From: Octopus vulgaris
Taxonomy: Eukaryota
Length of the DNA stretch: 64,000 bases
Assembly: GCA_951406725.2 (NCBI GenBank)
Contig: OX597827.1
Coordinates: forward strand, 56,978,001 to 57,042,000
Reading direction: 5' to 3'
Shown here: one piece after another, positions 1 through 12,895 of the stretch
Position numbering within the stretch: position 1 is the first letter of the stretch
How the letters are laid out: each line of letters opens with the position of its first letter
Notes under the pieces: model-generated
The model's input: the letters and a program-made list of their open reading frames with translations, nothing else
Database searches by the model: none
Told to the model about the DNA's origin: nothing
Translations under genes and position numbers: made by a program

Positions 1-698
1 TTTTAACTAAACCCTTCATGGTGGTGCTCCAGCTTGGCTGCAATTCATATGTTATTACGTGGGTATTGGCATGGCTGGCTGTTTAAAAAAGTTCACTCTG
101 CAATCATAAGTTGTCTTCGATTGTATCTTGAACAAGTGTGTTCTACAATAGCCACAGAACAATCTTAGCCTTGTAATTGAGATAGACCAGAGAGAAACTG
201 TATAGAGACATGTCAAACAGACTGCAACTGTTATTCAAAGAGCCAATGTCATTACATTAATGGTATAAGTATCTGTGAAACACTCAATGATTTGCACTCT
301 AATTCCCTGAGTTGATCATTTCATTGATTGAATGACTGAAATACTATCAAAACTGCTGTGCAATTTGTCTACTTTCCTTGTGTCTGTTTGGATTTTGCTG
401 GATTTGTGTATTCATCATCATAATGATAGGATGTGAGCATACAGTGTTTGTTTGTCAAGGGAATTACTTATGTAGACAGTAATATAAGTAAATTAGAAAA
501 TGGTATATATTGACATGAATTTTTATATCCAGGTCTGGCTGTGTGGTTAAGACTGTCACTTTGCAACCGTGTGGTTTTGAGTTCAGTCCCAGTACATGAT
601 AGGTACTGTGGACAAGTAACTTTTTCTATAGCCTCAGGCCAACTAAAGCTTTGTAACTGGATTTGGTCGATGGAAACTGGAAGAAGCCCATTGTGTAT

Positions 699-740
<42 letters not shown>

Positions 741-965
741 TCAAGATGCCACACAGTGGGACTGAATCCAGAAATTTGAACTCAGAATGTGATGATGGAT
801 GAAATGCCACTAAGCATCTCACCCAGTGTGCTAACGATTCTGCCAGCTTGCTGCCTTAATAATTATAATAATAATAATGATAATAATAATAATAACAATA
901 ACAATAATAATAATAATAATGATAATAATAATAATAATAACAATAACAATAATAATAATAATAAT

Positions 966-2908
966 AGCAACCCCCACACATGGATCCTCGAAACACTAGC
1001 CATTAACAAAGTAGCACCAACAATCATAAAATTCATAGAGCACTCTATGAATAAATGGCAAACAGTCCTACACCTCCAAACAAAAGAGGGACTCATGAAA
1101 ACCAAAGACATCCCCATTAGAAGAGGAATATTCCAGGGAGACACGCTCTCTCCACTCCTTTTCTGCTTGGCACTGTCACCTCTATCTGATATGCTAAATA
1201 GAACTGGATGCAGATATAAATGTTACGGCAAAACGATCAGCCACCTTTTATATATGGATGACCTAAAACTATACGCTGCAAATGACAAACAGCTGGAAAC
1301 ACTATTAAAGACAGTTCATGGATTTACCAAAGAAATAGATATGAAATTTGGATTAGAAAAATGCGCCAAAGTAACCATGAAAAGAGGAAAACTAGTTAAG
1401 AGTAACAACATCACACTAGATAAAACCAATGAAATAAAAGAATTAGACCAAAGCCAAACTTACAAATACTTAGGAATCCATGAACTAGATAAGACACAAC
1501 ACACACAAATGAAAGAGAAAATAAAAAAAGAATATTATAGACGAGTTAGATCAATACTAAACACAGAGCTCAATGCTAAAAACAAGATAATAGGTATCAA
1601 CACTTAAGCTGTCCCAGTTATAAGTTACAGCTACAATATCCTTAACTGGACACGAAATGAACTGACCAAAATAGATAGGAAAACAAGAAAAATAATGACA
1701 GGATCTAGGATGCATCACCCAAAATCTGACATAGAAAGACTATATATACAACGTATAGAAGGTGGTAGAGGCCTTATACAGCTGGAAAACTACTATAAAA
1801 TAACCACCATAGGACTGCAAAAATATCTACTTCAGAAGGAAGGAAAACTGATCCAGATAGCGGCAAAACACGAGCAAAACAAAAAACTGTTCTCAGTATT
1901 TAAGGAAGCTGACAAATACAAACAAGAAATCATACCACCTAATAAACATGAAGAAGAAGAAGAAGATGAAGAAACAACAAAAGCTATAAAACAAATGAAA
2001 TCCAAACTAAAAATAGAACAGCAACGAACCATGATAAAACGATGGCAAGAAAAGCCCCTTCATGGTAAATACTGGACTAAACTAAACGCAAAAGAAATAG
2101 ACAAAGAAAAATCCCAGCAATGGTTGAGAAGCTCAGGACTCAAAGCAGAAACAGAGGGATTTTTAATTGCAGCACAAGACCAAAGCCTCCCCACCAGAAA
2201 TTACCAAAAACATGTAATGAAAAGAAATATTACAAGTAACTGCAGAATATGTGGAGATGGACAAGAATCAATAAATCATATTATCTCTAGCTGCCCAGTC
2301 TTGGCTAAGAAGGAATATATTCACAGACATGACAGAGTTGGAACCTACATACATTGGAAGCTATGCCAACATTATGGAATAACAACAGAAAAAAGATGGT
2401 ATAGGCACACACCAGAAAAGGTCACAGAAAACGAGAAAGCAACCATACTCTGGGATATGCCGATACACACAGATAGAGAAATTAAGGCCAACAGACCAGA
2501 TATAGTTGTCAGAGATCATGAAGAAAAAAATGCTTTCTAATTGATGTATCAATACCGGCTGATGACAACGTGTCTCTAAAAGAAATGGAGAAACTCTCAA
2601 AACACAAAGACCTGGAAATAGAGGTAACTAGAATGTGGAATCTGAAAACAGAAACAATTCCTATCATAGTAGGTGCATTAGGCATGATAAAAAAATATTC
2701 AGACAAATACATAACAAAAACACCAGGACTTACAAACACATATAACATACAGAAAATTGCACTTCTAGGCACTGCACACATCCTACGCAGAACACTTTCC
2801 ATACAATAACCATCAGAGCATCACAACAAACCACAGCACATACCCAAGGCACACAGAGCTGCGCTCGGTAGTGAAGTGAAAGCATGCTATAAAAATAAAA
2901 CTACTGAA
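966..2908 (+). mobile_element. 5'-truncated non-LTR retrotransposon with restriction-like endonuclease (R4/Dong clade)
   Basis: RT motifs RRGIFQGDTLSPLLF, HLLYMDDLKL, YKYLG; CCHC finger CRICG..ESINHIISSC; RHD and RPDIV..IDVSIP endonuclease motifs. One nonsense codon (1605-1607) and one frameshift (A-run near 2525). Flanked by (AAT)n on both sides. Confidence 0.9.
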
Positions 2909-2981
2909 TGATAATAATAATAACAATAACAATAACAATACCACCACCACCACCACCACCACCACCACCACCACCAACACC

Positions 2982-3014
<33 letters not shown>

Positions 3015-4486
3015 AATAATAATAATAATAATCCTTTCTACTATAGGCATAGAACCTGACATTTTGGGGTAAAGAGTTAGTTGATTACATTGACTCCAGT
3101 GTTTAACTGGTTCTTATTTCACTGACCCTGAAAGGTAAAAAAGCAAAATTGACCTTGGCAGAGTTTGAACTGAGAATGTAAAGACTGTCAAAGTGTTTAG
3201 TTGGCGTTTTATCTGTCATGGTAACAATTCTGCCTGCTTACTGCTTTTAGTTTCAAGTTTTAGCAGAAGACCAATAATTTTAAGGGAAAGGGTAAATTGA
3301 TTACAGAAAGAATGAAAGGCAAAAATCTACCTTGGCAGAATTTGAACTCAGAATGTAAAGGCAGAAGAAATGCATTTTGCTCAGTACACTAACGATTCTA
3401 CCAGCTTGCCATCTTAAATGTAATAATAATAATTAGTATCGAAACTAAATTGTAAATATCCATTTATAAATATTCACTTGAATAATTATATACTTTATTT
3501 GATAGCATATAAAATGCACATTCCCCACAAGAAACTGTCTTTAAAAAAATACCTCAGACCCTATATACAAAGTTGGATTCTTATAAACTAATTTTGTCCT
3601 GGTACTTGCTACAATGCACTAGAACCTTTTTTTGTTTTTTTCTAAATAGAATCTGCTAAAACCAGGGTGTGTCTAATGTGTCTACAAGTCTTTTATGCCA
3701 TCAAATAGTGTGTGAGAGTGCGTGTATATATATATGTATATATGTATATGCACATACATACATATAAAATGATAAATTACTATGTTATCAATGTGAATAT
3801 TTTATCTGGAAAAATGTGTAAACAGTTTTAGAGTTGGTTCTCTGTTGGCCTGTCTTAAATGTCACTTCACTCGTGATTACATTGCCTACACCAAATTGTG
3901 TTTCATAACAGTTCCCCCACCACCACCACCACCACCACCACTGCCACCACCTCCACAAATTGTATATGGCCATTTTCATGGTGCTAGTGGGTTGGGAAAA
4001 TCCCTCACAATATTATACTCTTGGCACTTTTCCACATGATTCAATCCTCTGCTGCCACATTGAATTGATTCTGTGATAAAAATTATGTCATCTGCAACAA
4101 AAGCACTCTTGGGAATTCAGTCCTGGATTTTATTATTAATTGGAATTACAAAATGAAACTGTAAAGAAATTTCACCAATGCATCTGTTCTAACTTGAATC
4201 CTTTGTCAAATCAGTGGTTGTTTTGTTTTTTTGGCTCAGTAGTGTTTAGTTGGTTTTTATTTCCGGTAGTTTCACTAAAAGCTATCTTGTTCTGTTAAAA
4301 AAATGAAAGAAGAAAAAAATTAATGAATATATTTAATTTTGTGAAGCTATTAATAAAGATTTATTACTTACATACAATTGCCCTCATCATTTCCGTCATA
4401 ATTTCTGTTAAAAACAGCTACACATTTTCATTACTGCTTTTACTTACTTGCAAGGATTGGGGTGGTTACCTCCTCCTCCTCCCAAG

Positions 4487-6040
4487 GTTTCTACAGCTGG
4501 ATGCCCTTCCTAACATCAACTGCTCCAAGAGTGTAGTGAGCGCTTTTACGTGCCACTGGCATGGGAGCCAGTCAGGTGATACTGGCATTGACCATGCTCA
4601 AATGGTGCATTTTACATGCCACCAACATGGGTGCTAGTCAGGCAGCACTGGTATTGGCTATGCTTGAATGGTGCATTTTATGTACCACCGGCACGGGTGC
4701 CAGTCAGGCGGCACTGTCATCAGTCATGACTATGATTTTACTTGGTTCAACAGGTCTTCTCAAGCACGGCATATTTCCAAAGGTCTCAGTTGCTTGTCAT
4801 TGCCTCTTGAAACCCATATTTCCCTGGGTCTACCTCTTCCACACGTTCCCTCCACTGTTAGGGTCTGAGACTTCTTCACACAGCTGCCCTCATCCATATG
4901 CATTACGTGACCATACTAGCGCAGTCATCTCTCTTGCACACCACGTCTGATGCTTCTTATGTCTAACTTTTCTCTCTGGATGCTTACACTCTGTCATGCG
5001 TGCACACTGACATTACAAATCCAGTGGAGCATATCAGCTTCATTTCTTTCAAGCCTACGCATGTCCCCAGCAGTCACAGCCCATGTTTCACTGTCATGTA
5101 GTATGGCTGTTTGTACACAGGCATCATACAGTCTAACTTTCGTTCTGAGCAAGAGGCCCTTTGTTACCAGCAGACGTAGGGGCTCTCTGAACTTTGCCCA
5201 GCCTATTCTTATTCTAGTAGCTACACTCTCAGAGCATCTACCCCTGCAACTGACTTGGTCACCTAGGTAACAGAAGCTATCAGCTACTTTTAGTTTTTCT
5301 CCCTGACATGTGAAAGAATCTGTTTTCTGTACAGCTTTGTTCTGGTAGTGACTCAGCTATAAGAGCAAGGTCATCAGCATAGAGGAGCTCCCAGTGGCAG
5401 CCTCTCTTGAATTCCTTGGTTATTGCCTGGAAGACTATGATGAACAAGAGGGAACTGAGGACTGATTCTTAGTGAACCCCTACTTCTACCTGGAATTCTT
5501 TACTATACTTGTTGCCAACCATCACCTTACTGACAGTATCCCTGTACATGGCTTGTACATCTCTCACTAACCTCTCATCTATCCCTAGTTGCTACATTGA
5601 CCACTAGATAAGGGATTGGGGGACTCTGTCAAAGGCTTTCTCCATGTCAACAAAAGCCAAGTACAGAAGTTTATCTTTGGTTGGGTATTTCTCCTGCAGT
5701 TGCCTTACCAGAAATATAGCATCAGTGGTGCTTTTCCCTGGCACTAACCCAAACTGCATCTCATCTAAACTAACTCTCTCCCTAATTAGTTGGACTATGA
5801 CTCTCTCCATGACTTTCGTCATCTGATCCAACAATTTGAAACCTTTGTAATTATTTCTACCTTAGGCATCACATTTACCTTTGTAGCAGTTGACTATGGT
5901 GCTGCTATACCAGTCATTGGGTATGACTACTTCGTGTATTACTTGGTTAAGTATACGGGTGACTAGACTATAGCCTTCACCACCAGATATTTTAAGCATC
6001 TCAGCAGTGATTCCTGATGGGCTGGGAGCTTTCCCTGTCT
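4487..6040 (-). mobile_element. Degenerate RTE-clade LINE (RT fragments plus 3' UTR)
   Basis: Minus-strand KAPSPSGITAEMLK..IPNDW, QFGLVPGKSTTDAIFLVRQLQEK..AFVDMEKAFDRVP and LLYADDL (about 5368-5388); many stops and deletions. Confidence 0.85.
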
Positions 6041-6447
6041 GTATGTACATATATTTATCTGTGTGCGTTTGTGTGTGGCTTTGCCCCCTACCATCGCTTG
6101 ACAACCAATGGTGGTGTGTTTATATTCCTGTAACTTAGTGGTTTGGCAAATGAGACCAATAAAATAAGTACTAAGCTTTCACAGAATAAATTCTGGGATT
6201 GATTTTTTGACTAAAATCTTTCAAGGGGTTCTCCAACATGGCTGCAGACAATTGACTGAAATATGTAAAAGAATAATAAAAGAAGATACTCTTTTCTATC
6301 CATTCGTTAGTCTGACAATCAATTGTATTTGAAATGCTTCTGTTTTAAATGAATGAAACTTTTACTATTACTACTACACAAGTGAAATGCATTGTTACTG
6401 ATTTCTAATTCAATTACATGGTCTTTTACTCTTATTAATTTTCATAG

Positions 6448-6594
6448 GAATACCCAGAGAAACCTGATATTATAGGTCTAACTCAACATGCATGGCAAGC
6501 AGCTTGCGATTTAAGTAGATCTGTGCCCTCATTTGCAAACCTAAAAGAAGAAATAGCATTGCAAAACCTCCAAGTTCAAATAGGAAATGTTGTG
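6448..6594 (+). CDS. DNAH6: Axonemal dynein heavy chain (DNAH6-like), window exon 1
   Basis: ttcatag acceptor, gtatgg donor; 147 nt, phase 0-0; EYPEKPDIIGLTQHAWQAACDLSRSVPSFANLKEEIALQNLQVQIGNVV resembles the DNAH6 segment upstream of AAA6 (PxKP..WL....W...CDL) as I recall it. Confidence 0.8.
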
Positions 6595-7134
6595 GTATGG
6601 AATTGAATACTTTTTGCTCCTTTAATTTTTTGATTTTTTCTTTTGACATTATTCTGTATTCTTTTAGACTTTTACTTGCTTAAGTCTTTGAATTGTGGTC
6701 TTGCTGGGCCACTGCCTAGATGTGTTTAGTCAATCAAAATAACTTCAGAATTTGAAACCTACCTTTTAAAAGAGAAACTGGTGAATCCTCTTGTGCAATG
6801 AAATTTTTTCCATTTTTCAAGGGTACTGTCAAAAGCAGATCCTTATAGGGTAACAGCATTTAATGCTCTTAATCTCTAACCGTAACTCTAACTCACTCTG
6901 ATTGGAAGAAATTTGCAGGGTACCTACAACAATTTAGTTTCAGATGAGGCTAAAGACAAGAATAATTAGTTTGTTGAGCATCTGGAAAAGGAAGAAGATG
7001 AGGTGGGGGAAGAAAAAGTCAGAAGAGGAAGAACATTTCTAAGTAGAAATCATATTGATTTTTTTGTAAGTTAGACTGATGTAATTAAGGAAATTATGTT
7101 TTATACAATGCAGTTGTTTTAACTGAGAAGTTTG

Positions 7135-7652
7135 GGCAGAATTCTGGTCTAAGAACCCCATTATATAACCCCTCATAACTTTTTCTAGTTTTGAGAATTT
7201 TCAGAAAATTTCTGTGTATTTGTGTTTTACACAAGGGAATTCATATGATTATGGAAAAACAAAATTTTTTCAAAAATGTTCACCCCTCCCTTTTTCCATA
7301 AATCCTGAAAGTTCCACTCTTTTACGAAATTTTTTAAAAATCCAAGTTTGAAATTTTTTGCTTAAATCCCAGAAATAGATCACCCTTGGGTGCATCATCA
7401 TTACATTAAATGTGTTTATGGGGAGAAAAATATTGGAAAACATCAGAGAGACAAAGAAGTGAGGAAGGTATCAGGTGGTCATGAGATATGCCAAAGATAA
7501 CAGCTAAATTGCCCTTAAATCACACATAAAAAAGTTGTATAATCATATGAATTCCTGTGTGTAGAACACAAATTCCCAAAACTTTTCTGAAAATTCCAAA
7601 AGATAAAAAATTTATGAGGGTTTATATGGGGCACTTAAACCAGAATTCTGCC
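7135..7652. mobile_element. Non-autonomous element with long (about 120 bp) imperfect terminal inverted repeats
   Basis: GGCAGAATTCTGG...GAATTCATATGATTAT (7135-7251) mirrors ATAATCATATGAATTC...CCAGAATTCTGCC (7539-7652). No clear TSD. Confidence 0.7.
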
Positions 7653-8106
7653 AAAATTTGACACACATTAATCACCCAGCAACTTTATCATTAATAGCTG
7701 AGTGTATGGGAAAATTATTATTGATAATGGAAAAAGAATATATTTTGATGATGGAATTATTGAGATCTTGATAGCTATTCTAGCAAGGGAAAAAAAAAAG
7801 ATTATTGTTATATGCTTATATTGTTCAATAGTAAATTTCCATGAACCTTAATAAATGATGAATGCTTTGGTAATTAAATTGTCTAGAAGCAAAACAGATT
7901 TGTTAGATTGATAGAACTGCATAATTGCCCTGATTACTAAAAAAATAAATGAACAAAAATATTTAAAAAAATCGAATATGATATTACAATTTGTCTGACT
8001 CTAAAGATTCAATATTAAGCTTAATTAGAATGAAAATTAAGTTATATCTGAATTTAGCCTTTCTAAGCAAGGTATAAATTTCTGTTCTATGAATAAGAAT
8101 GTGATT

Positions 8107-8189
8107 TAATCATCATTATTATTATTATTATTATCATTATTATCATTATTATTATTATTATCATTATTATCATTATTATTATTATTATC

Positions 8190-8275
<86 letters not shown>

Positions 8276-8280
8276 CATTA
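8107..8280. repeat. (ATT/ATC)n microsatellite
   Basis: Read directly; similar arrays at 858-966, 2907-3032, 33150-33322, 40155-40222 and 62058-62135. Confidence 0.95.
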
Positions 8281-9090
8281 AGGCTTTGAGCTGGCAGAAT
8301 CATTAGCATGCCGGGCGAAATGCTTAGTGGTATTTTGACTGACGCAACATGCTGAGTTCAAATTTCACTGAGGTTGACTTTGCCTTTCATCCTTTCAGGG
8401 TCAGTTAAATAAGTACCAGTAACGCAATGGGGTTGATGTAATCAACTTAATCCCTTCCCCATGCTGCCCTTGTGGCAAAAATTTGAAATCATCATCATCA
8501 TTATTATTATATACTGTTTTTTTTTATTGTATTAGAGAAACAAAATGTTTACATATGTGGGGGAACGTGTTGAAATTTCAGCACTCATGTTTGATAGAGG
8601 TGATTGTTATATTATATATATATATATATATATATATCATCATCATCATCATATATATATATATATATATGGCAGGCCTGTTCCAGTTTCTATCTACCAA
8701 ATCCACTCAGAAGCTTTTGGTCAGTTTGATCGCTCTAGTAGAAGATACTTGCCCAGGATATCACACAGTGGCACTGAACCCAGAAGAACCATGTGGTTGG
8801 AAAGCAGGTATTTTACCACAGAGCTATGCCTACACCTGTATGTGTCTATATTTCTGCATGTTTCTGTATTTGTGTGTGTGTGTGTGTGTGTGTTTATGTA
8901 TTTGGCTCATGACAAAATATACTGCTGCCAAAAGAGGTTGAACATCTAGTCAGTTTTACCAAATCATTTCAACTTGCCTGGGAATATAAGTAGGCCCTGA
9001 AGGTAACTAAGGAAATAAACCAAGAGACCAGCTTCAGACTCCAGTTAGTAACATGTTGTTATACAGATGCTGTAGGTAGTTGTTATACAA

Positions 9091-9479
9091 TACTCTTTTA
9101 CTTGTTTCAGTCATTTGACTGCGGCCATGCTGGAGCACCGCCTTTAATCGAGCAACTTGACCCCAGGACTTATTCTTTGCAAGCCCAGTACTTATTCTAT
9201 CGGTCTCTTTTGCCGAACTGCTATGTGACGGGGACATAAACACACCAGCATCGGTTGTCAAGCAATGCTAGGGGGACAAACACAAACATACATGCACACA
9301 CATATATACATATATACGACAGGCTTCTTTCAGTTTCCGTCTACCAAATCTACTCACAAGGCTTTGGTCGGCCTGAGGCTATAGCAGAAGACACTTGCCC
9401 AAGGTGCCACGCAGTGGGACTGAACCCGGAAACATGTGGTTGGTAACCAAGCTACTTACCACACAGCCACTCCTGTGCC
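9091..9479 (-). mobile_element. SINE family A, full length (tRNA-like head, internal microsatellite, (AGTAAAAG)n-type tail)
   Basis: Reverse complement of the copy at 41209-41620. Other copies or fragments near 530, 8670, 10262, 14496, 15746, 17386, 29846, 35641, 40605, 45720, 50571, 56850, 60715 and 63141. Confidence 0.85.
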
Positions 9480-10261
9480 TATGTGGAACAAAAAGGAATG
9501 TGGAACAAAAAGGAAAACCTACCTCGTCAGAACTATTAAATTTCTATATGAATTATTCAATCAGTTAACTGCTCATCAATAGTTTGATAACATGTGGATG
9601 AAGATCACAAGGTATAATATAGCATCAGTTCAGTGCATCGTGTTTCTGGCTCATATTTAGCTGGGTTTGTCATTGTCATCACCACTCCTACCATCACCAT
9701 CACCATCACCACTACCATCATCATTATTATCACAATCATCATCATTATCATCGTCGATGACGACGACGATGATGATGATAATACAAAAACAAAAAAAAAA
9801 TAGTATATAATAATGATGATGATGATGGTGATGATTTCAAATTTTTGCCACAAGGGCAGCTTGGGGGAGGGGATTAAGTTGATTACGTCAACTCCATTTT
9901 GTAACTGGTACTTATTTAATTGATCATCATCATCATCACAATTATCATCGTCATCATCATCATCATTATCATTCTGATGTCCACTTTCCAATGCTCGCAT
10001 GAGTCAGATGGAATTTGAATTCTATGGCTGGATGCCCTTCCTGTTACTAGCCTTCACCTGCATCTAAGTAAGGTAATATTCATCCCTGGCCATACATGTT
10101 TTCATGGAAGATTGGAAATGAACGACTCTGCTTGTATGTTGGTGACACTCACTTACAACTATCATGCAATGTCAAAGCAAGGGAACAGTAACCTGTGCTT
10201 TTTAAGTGACACCATCACAAATGGTTTTTTTTTAAGTGGCACCATCACTAGTGTTTTTTGT

Positions 10262-10745
10262 GGCACTTTGGGCAAGTGTCTTCTACTATAGCCTCAGGCC
10301 GATAAAAGCCTTGTGAGTGGATTTGGTAGATGGAAACTGAAAGAAGCCCGTTGTATATATGTATTATTCTATCAATCTCTATTGCCAAACCGCTAAGTTA
10401 CGGGGATGTAAACACACCAGCATCGGTTGTCAAGTGATGTTGGGAGGACAAACACAGACACACAAACACACACACACATCATCATCATCATCATCATCAC
10501 GGACGTTAAACGATGATGATGATGATGATGATGTGTGTGTGTGTTTGTGTGTCTGTGTTTGTCCTCCCAACATCACTTGGCAACCGATGCTGGTGTGTTT
10601 ACGTCCCCGTAACTTAGAGGTTCAGCAATAGAGATTGATAGAATAAGTACTAGGCTTACAAAGAATAAGTCCTGGGATCGATTTGCTCGACTACAGGTGG
10701 TGCTCCAGCATGGCCGCAGTCAAATGACTGAAGCAAGTAATAGAG
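10262..10745 (+). mobile_element. SINE family A interrupted by a palindromic insertion
   Basis: 5' half 10262-10360, 3' half 10533-10745, with an inverted copy of the 3' half at 10364-10499. Confidence 0.8.
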
Positions 10746-10838
10746 TACTAATGCTTTTTACATGGCACCAACACCCACACCAATGTTTATGAGGACACCT
10801 TGGTTTATGACGACATGTATGTATGTGTTTGAGTGTGT

Positions 10839-10877
<39 letters not shown>

Positions 10878-11263
10878 TGTGTGTGTGTATGTATGTGTGT
10901 GTGCGTGCACCTGTGTATGCATGCATGCTTTCGAATCATATTATAGTTGACAGTCAAATAAAAGATGTTCCTGATCTTTGAATAAATATTTTATTTCCAT
11001 GACCACTGATTATTCTTATTCCATCTGGCATTGGTTGACTTGTAATTAATTAATTATTTCTCTTACTAATCTATTCGCTTGCTTGGGAGCCTTGCAAAAC
11101 CTGCAAAGATATCCTTTATTGTAGTCACAGTTGTTAATATTTAATGAAAAATGATAGGATCCTCTTGGTAGAGGCTCCTATCATTTTTCATCTTCTATGT
11201 CAGTTAATACGATTTTAAATTAATGATCAGTAACGAAATTTCCTTCTTTTTGTCTTTTTCCAG

Positions 11264-11377
11264 GTAAATTCACTTCAGGGTGTAGAGGATCTTGAATGTG
11301 TTGAGTTTAATGAGTTTAATAAGCGGTTAACTCCTTTCCAGAAACTAATCTTCATAAAAACATTCCAAGAAGAGAAG
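11264..11377 (+). CDS. DNAH6: DNAH6-like, window exon 2
   Basis: Polypyrimidine tract plus ccag acceptor, gtaaaa donor; 114 nt, phase 0-0; VNSLQGVEDLECVEFNEFNKRLTPFQKLIFIKTFQEEK carries the dynein LxxFQKL.....EEK motif. An alternative in-frame acceptor lies 15 nt downstream. Confidence 0.85.
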
Positions 11378-11412
11378 GTAAAATCCTTGCTGTTTTCTTA
11401 TACTTAGGTAAC

Positions 11413-12026
11413 ATTAGCCTTTTAGCATTTAAACTGGCTGTCACTTCTACTATATGGCTCAGAAACCTGGACGTTATCAAAGAAGCTTGAGAGGCAGTTG
11501 GATGGAACTTACACTCGCCTCCTTATGAGAGCTCAAAATCTCTCGTGGAAGCGTCATCCAACCAAAGTACAAATATATGGGAAACTACCACCTGTATCAT
11601 CTCTTGTGAAAGGTAGAAGAGTCCAGTTTACTGGACATTGTTGTAGAGCTGAAAACGAGGTAATTTCTACTCTTCTCCTCTGGAAGCCATCTACTTGCGA
11701 TACTAGAGGGTGCACACTCTCCTACCCTGATGTAATCTCCAGGGATACAGGCATCCAGCAACAGGACCTCCGTAATGTTATGATGGACCGTGAAGCCTGG
11801 CGTAGCATAGTAAATTCCATTGTCTTGACCACGGTCGAACAATGAACGATGATTCTACTTGTTTTATGTCCTAACTGGCCAGATCTAGACTCTTATACCT
11901 ACCCTACAATGTCATTCTAAAAGCAAACAATCACATCATTGAAATCTTGAAGCTATGAGATAATGCATTAGTAATTCAAAACAATGTGAATAAATATTAG
12001 ATTTGACAGCAATCTGAATGCTAAAT
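11413..12026 (+). mobile_element. piggyBac-like MITE (CCTTTTAGCATT...AATGCTAAA) interrupted by an RTE-X fragment
   Basis: The same internal sequence recurs at about 18412-18620, 34420-34876, 55233-55370 and 56810-57280; several copies end in AATGCTAAAG..TTAA. Superfamily inferred from the TTAA-like ends only. Confidence 0.5.
11440..11853 (+). mobile_element. RTE-X-like LINE 3' fragment
   Basis: LLYGSETWTLSKKLERQLDGTYTRLLMRAQNLSW...RRVQFTGHC..MMDREAWR; stop at 11845 followed by a short GAT tail. Confidence 0.8.
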
Positions 12027-12173
12027 GAAAACAGTTCTCCTGTGATTCTGTCTCATTTCATATCAACTCATACTTTCCATCATTGTGCCACATTGATTGA
12101 AATAGACTTAGAACAAAACTATTTTCTATGAATGACTAATTACATCCTTTTTGTTATACCTATATATATAATA

Positions 12174-12570
12174 CTAGCAGTATCGCCCGGCGTTGCTCGG
12201 ATTTGTAAGGGAAATAACTATATAAGCATTTTTAGAGAGTTATAGCCAAAAAATAGCAAAAAATGCATTAAAAATGGAAAAAAAATTATGGTAAATTTTT
12301 TTAAAAATCGTTGACTCATCGTAGACATTTTTAGAGAGTTACTTCCCTTATATAATAGCGAAAAAATGCATTAAAATGGAAAAAAATGATGGTAAATTTT
12401 TTTTTAAATTGTAGACTCATCGTAGACGCGCGCTAATACTCAGAAGGGCTCGATATGAATCACGACTATAAGATACCCGGTTTTGGTTAAACTGCACCGC
12501 AAAATGTGGGAGTAGTTAGGAATCTAAATCGTAGGAGACAGACACACAACCTTACTTTTATATATAAAGA
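12174..12570 (-). mobile_element. Non-autonomous Helitron
   Basis: Minus strand begins A|TCTTTATATATAAAAG and ends CCGAGCAACGCCGGG hairpin + CTAG|T; no TSD; internal tandem duplication of about 100 bp. Related 5' ends occur near 25137 (-) and 60880 (+). Confidence 0.8.
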
Positions 12571-12574
12571 TATA

Positions 12575-12895
12575 GGCGCATGGCTTAGTGGTCAGGGGCA
12601 TTTGGCTCATGGTTGTAAGGTCGTGAGTTCAATTACCGGCAGCATGTTGTGTCCTTGAGCAAGACACTTTATTTCATGTTGCTCCAGTCCACTCAGCTGG
12701 CAAAAATGAGTAGTACCAGTATTTCAAAGGGCCAGCCTGCCTTGTCACACTCTGTGTCACGCTGAATCTCCTTGCGAACTATGTTAAGGGTGCACGTGTT
12801 TGTGGAGTACTCAGCTATTTACATGTTAATTTCATGAGCAGGCTGTTCCATTGTATCAGCTGGGACCCTCGTCATCACAACCGACGGAGTGCTCC
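12575..12895 (+). mobile_element. SINE family D (tRNA-like head; 3' part shared with some family C copies)
   Basis: A box TGGCTTAGTGG, B-box-like GAGTTCAATT, TGTCCTTGAGCAAGACAC core; tail matches 43825-43995 and 63370-63550. Confidence 0.75.

Noticed and set aside
789-965. Asn-rich N-terminus fused to reverse transcriptase
   Set aside because: Read-through from a SINE fragment and (AAT)n into a 5'-truncated LINE; not a domesticated fusion.
9034-9446. Recurrent ORFs with [13 protein letters not shown] / EDTCPRCHAVGLNP suggesting a gene family
   Set aside because: They are chance translations of SINE A copies with inconsistent frames.
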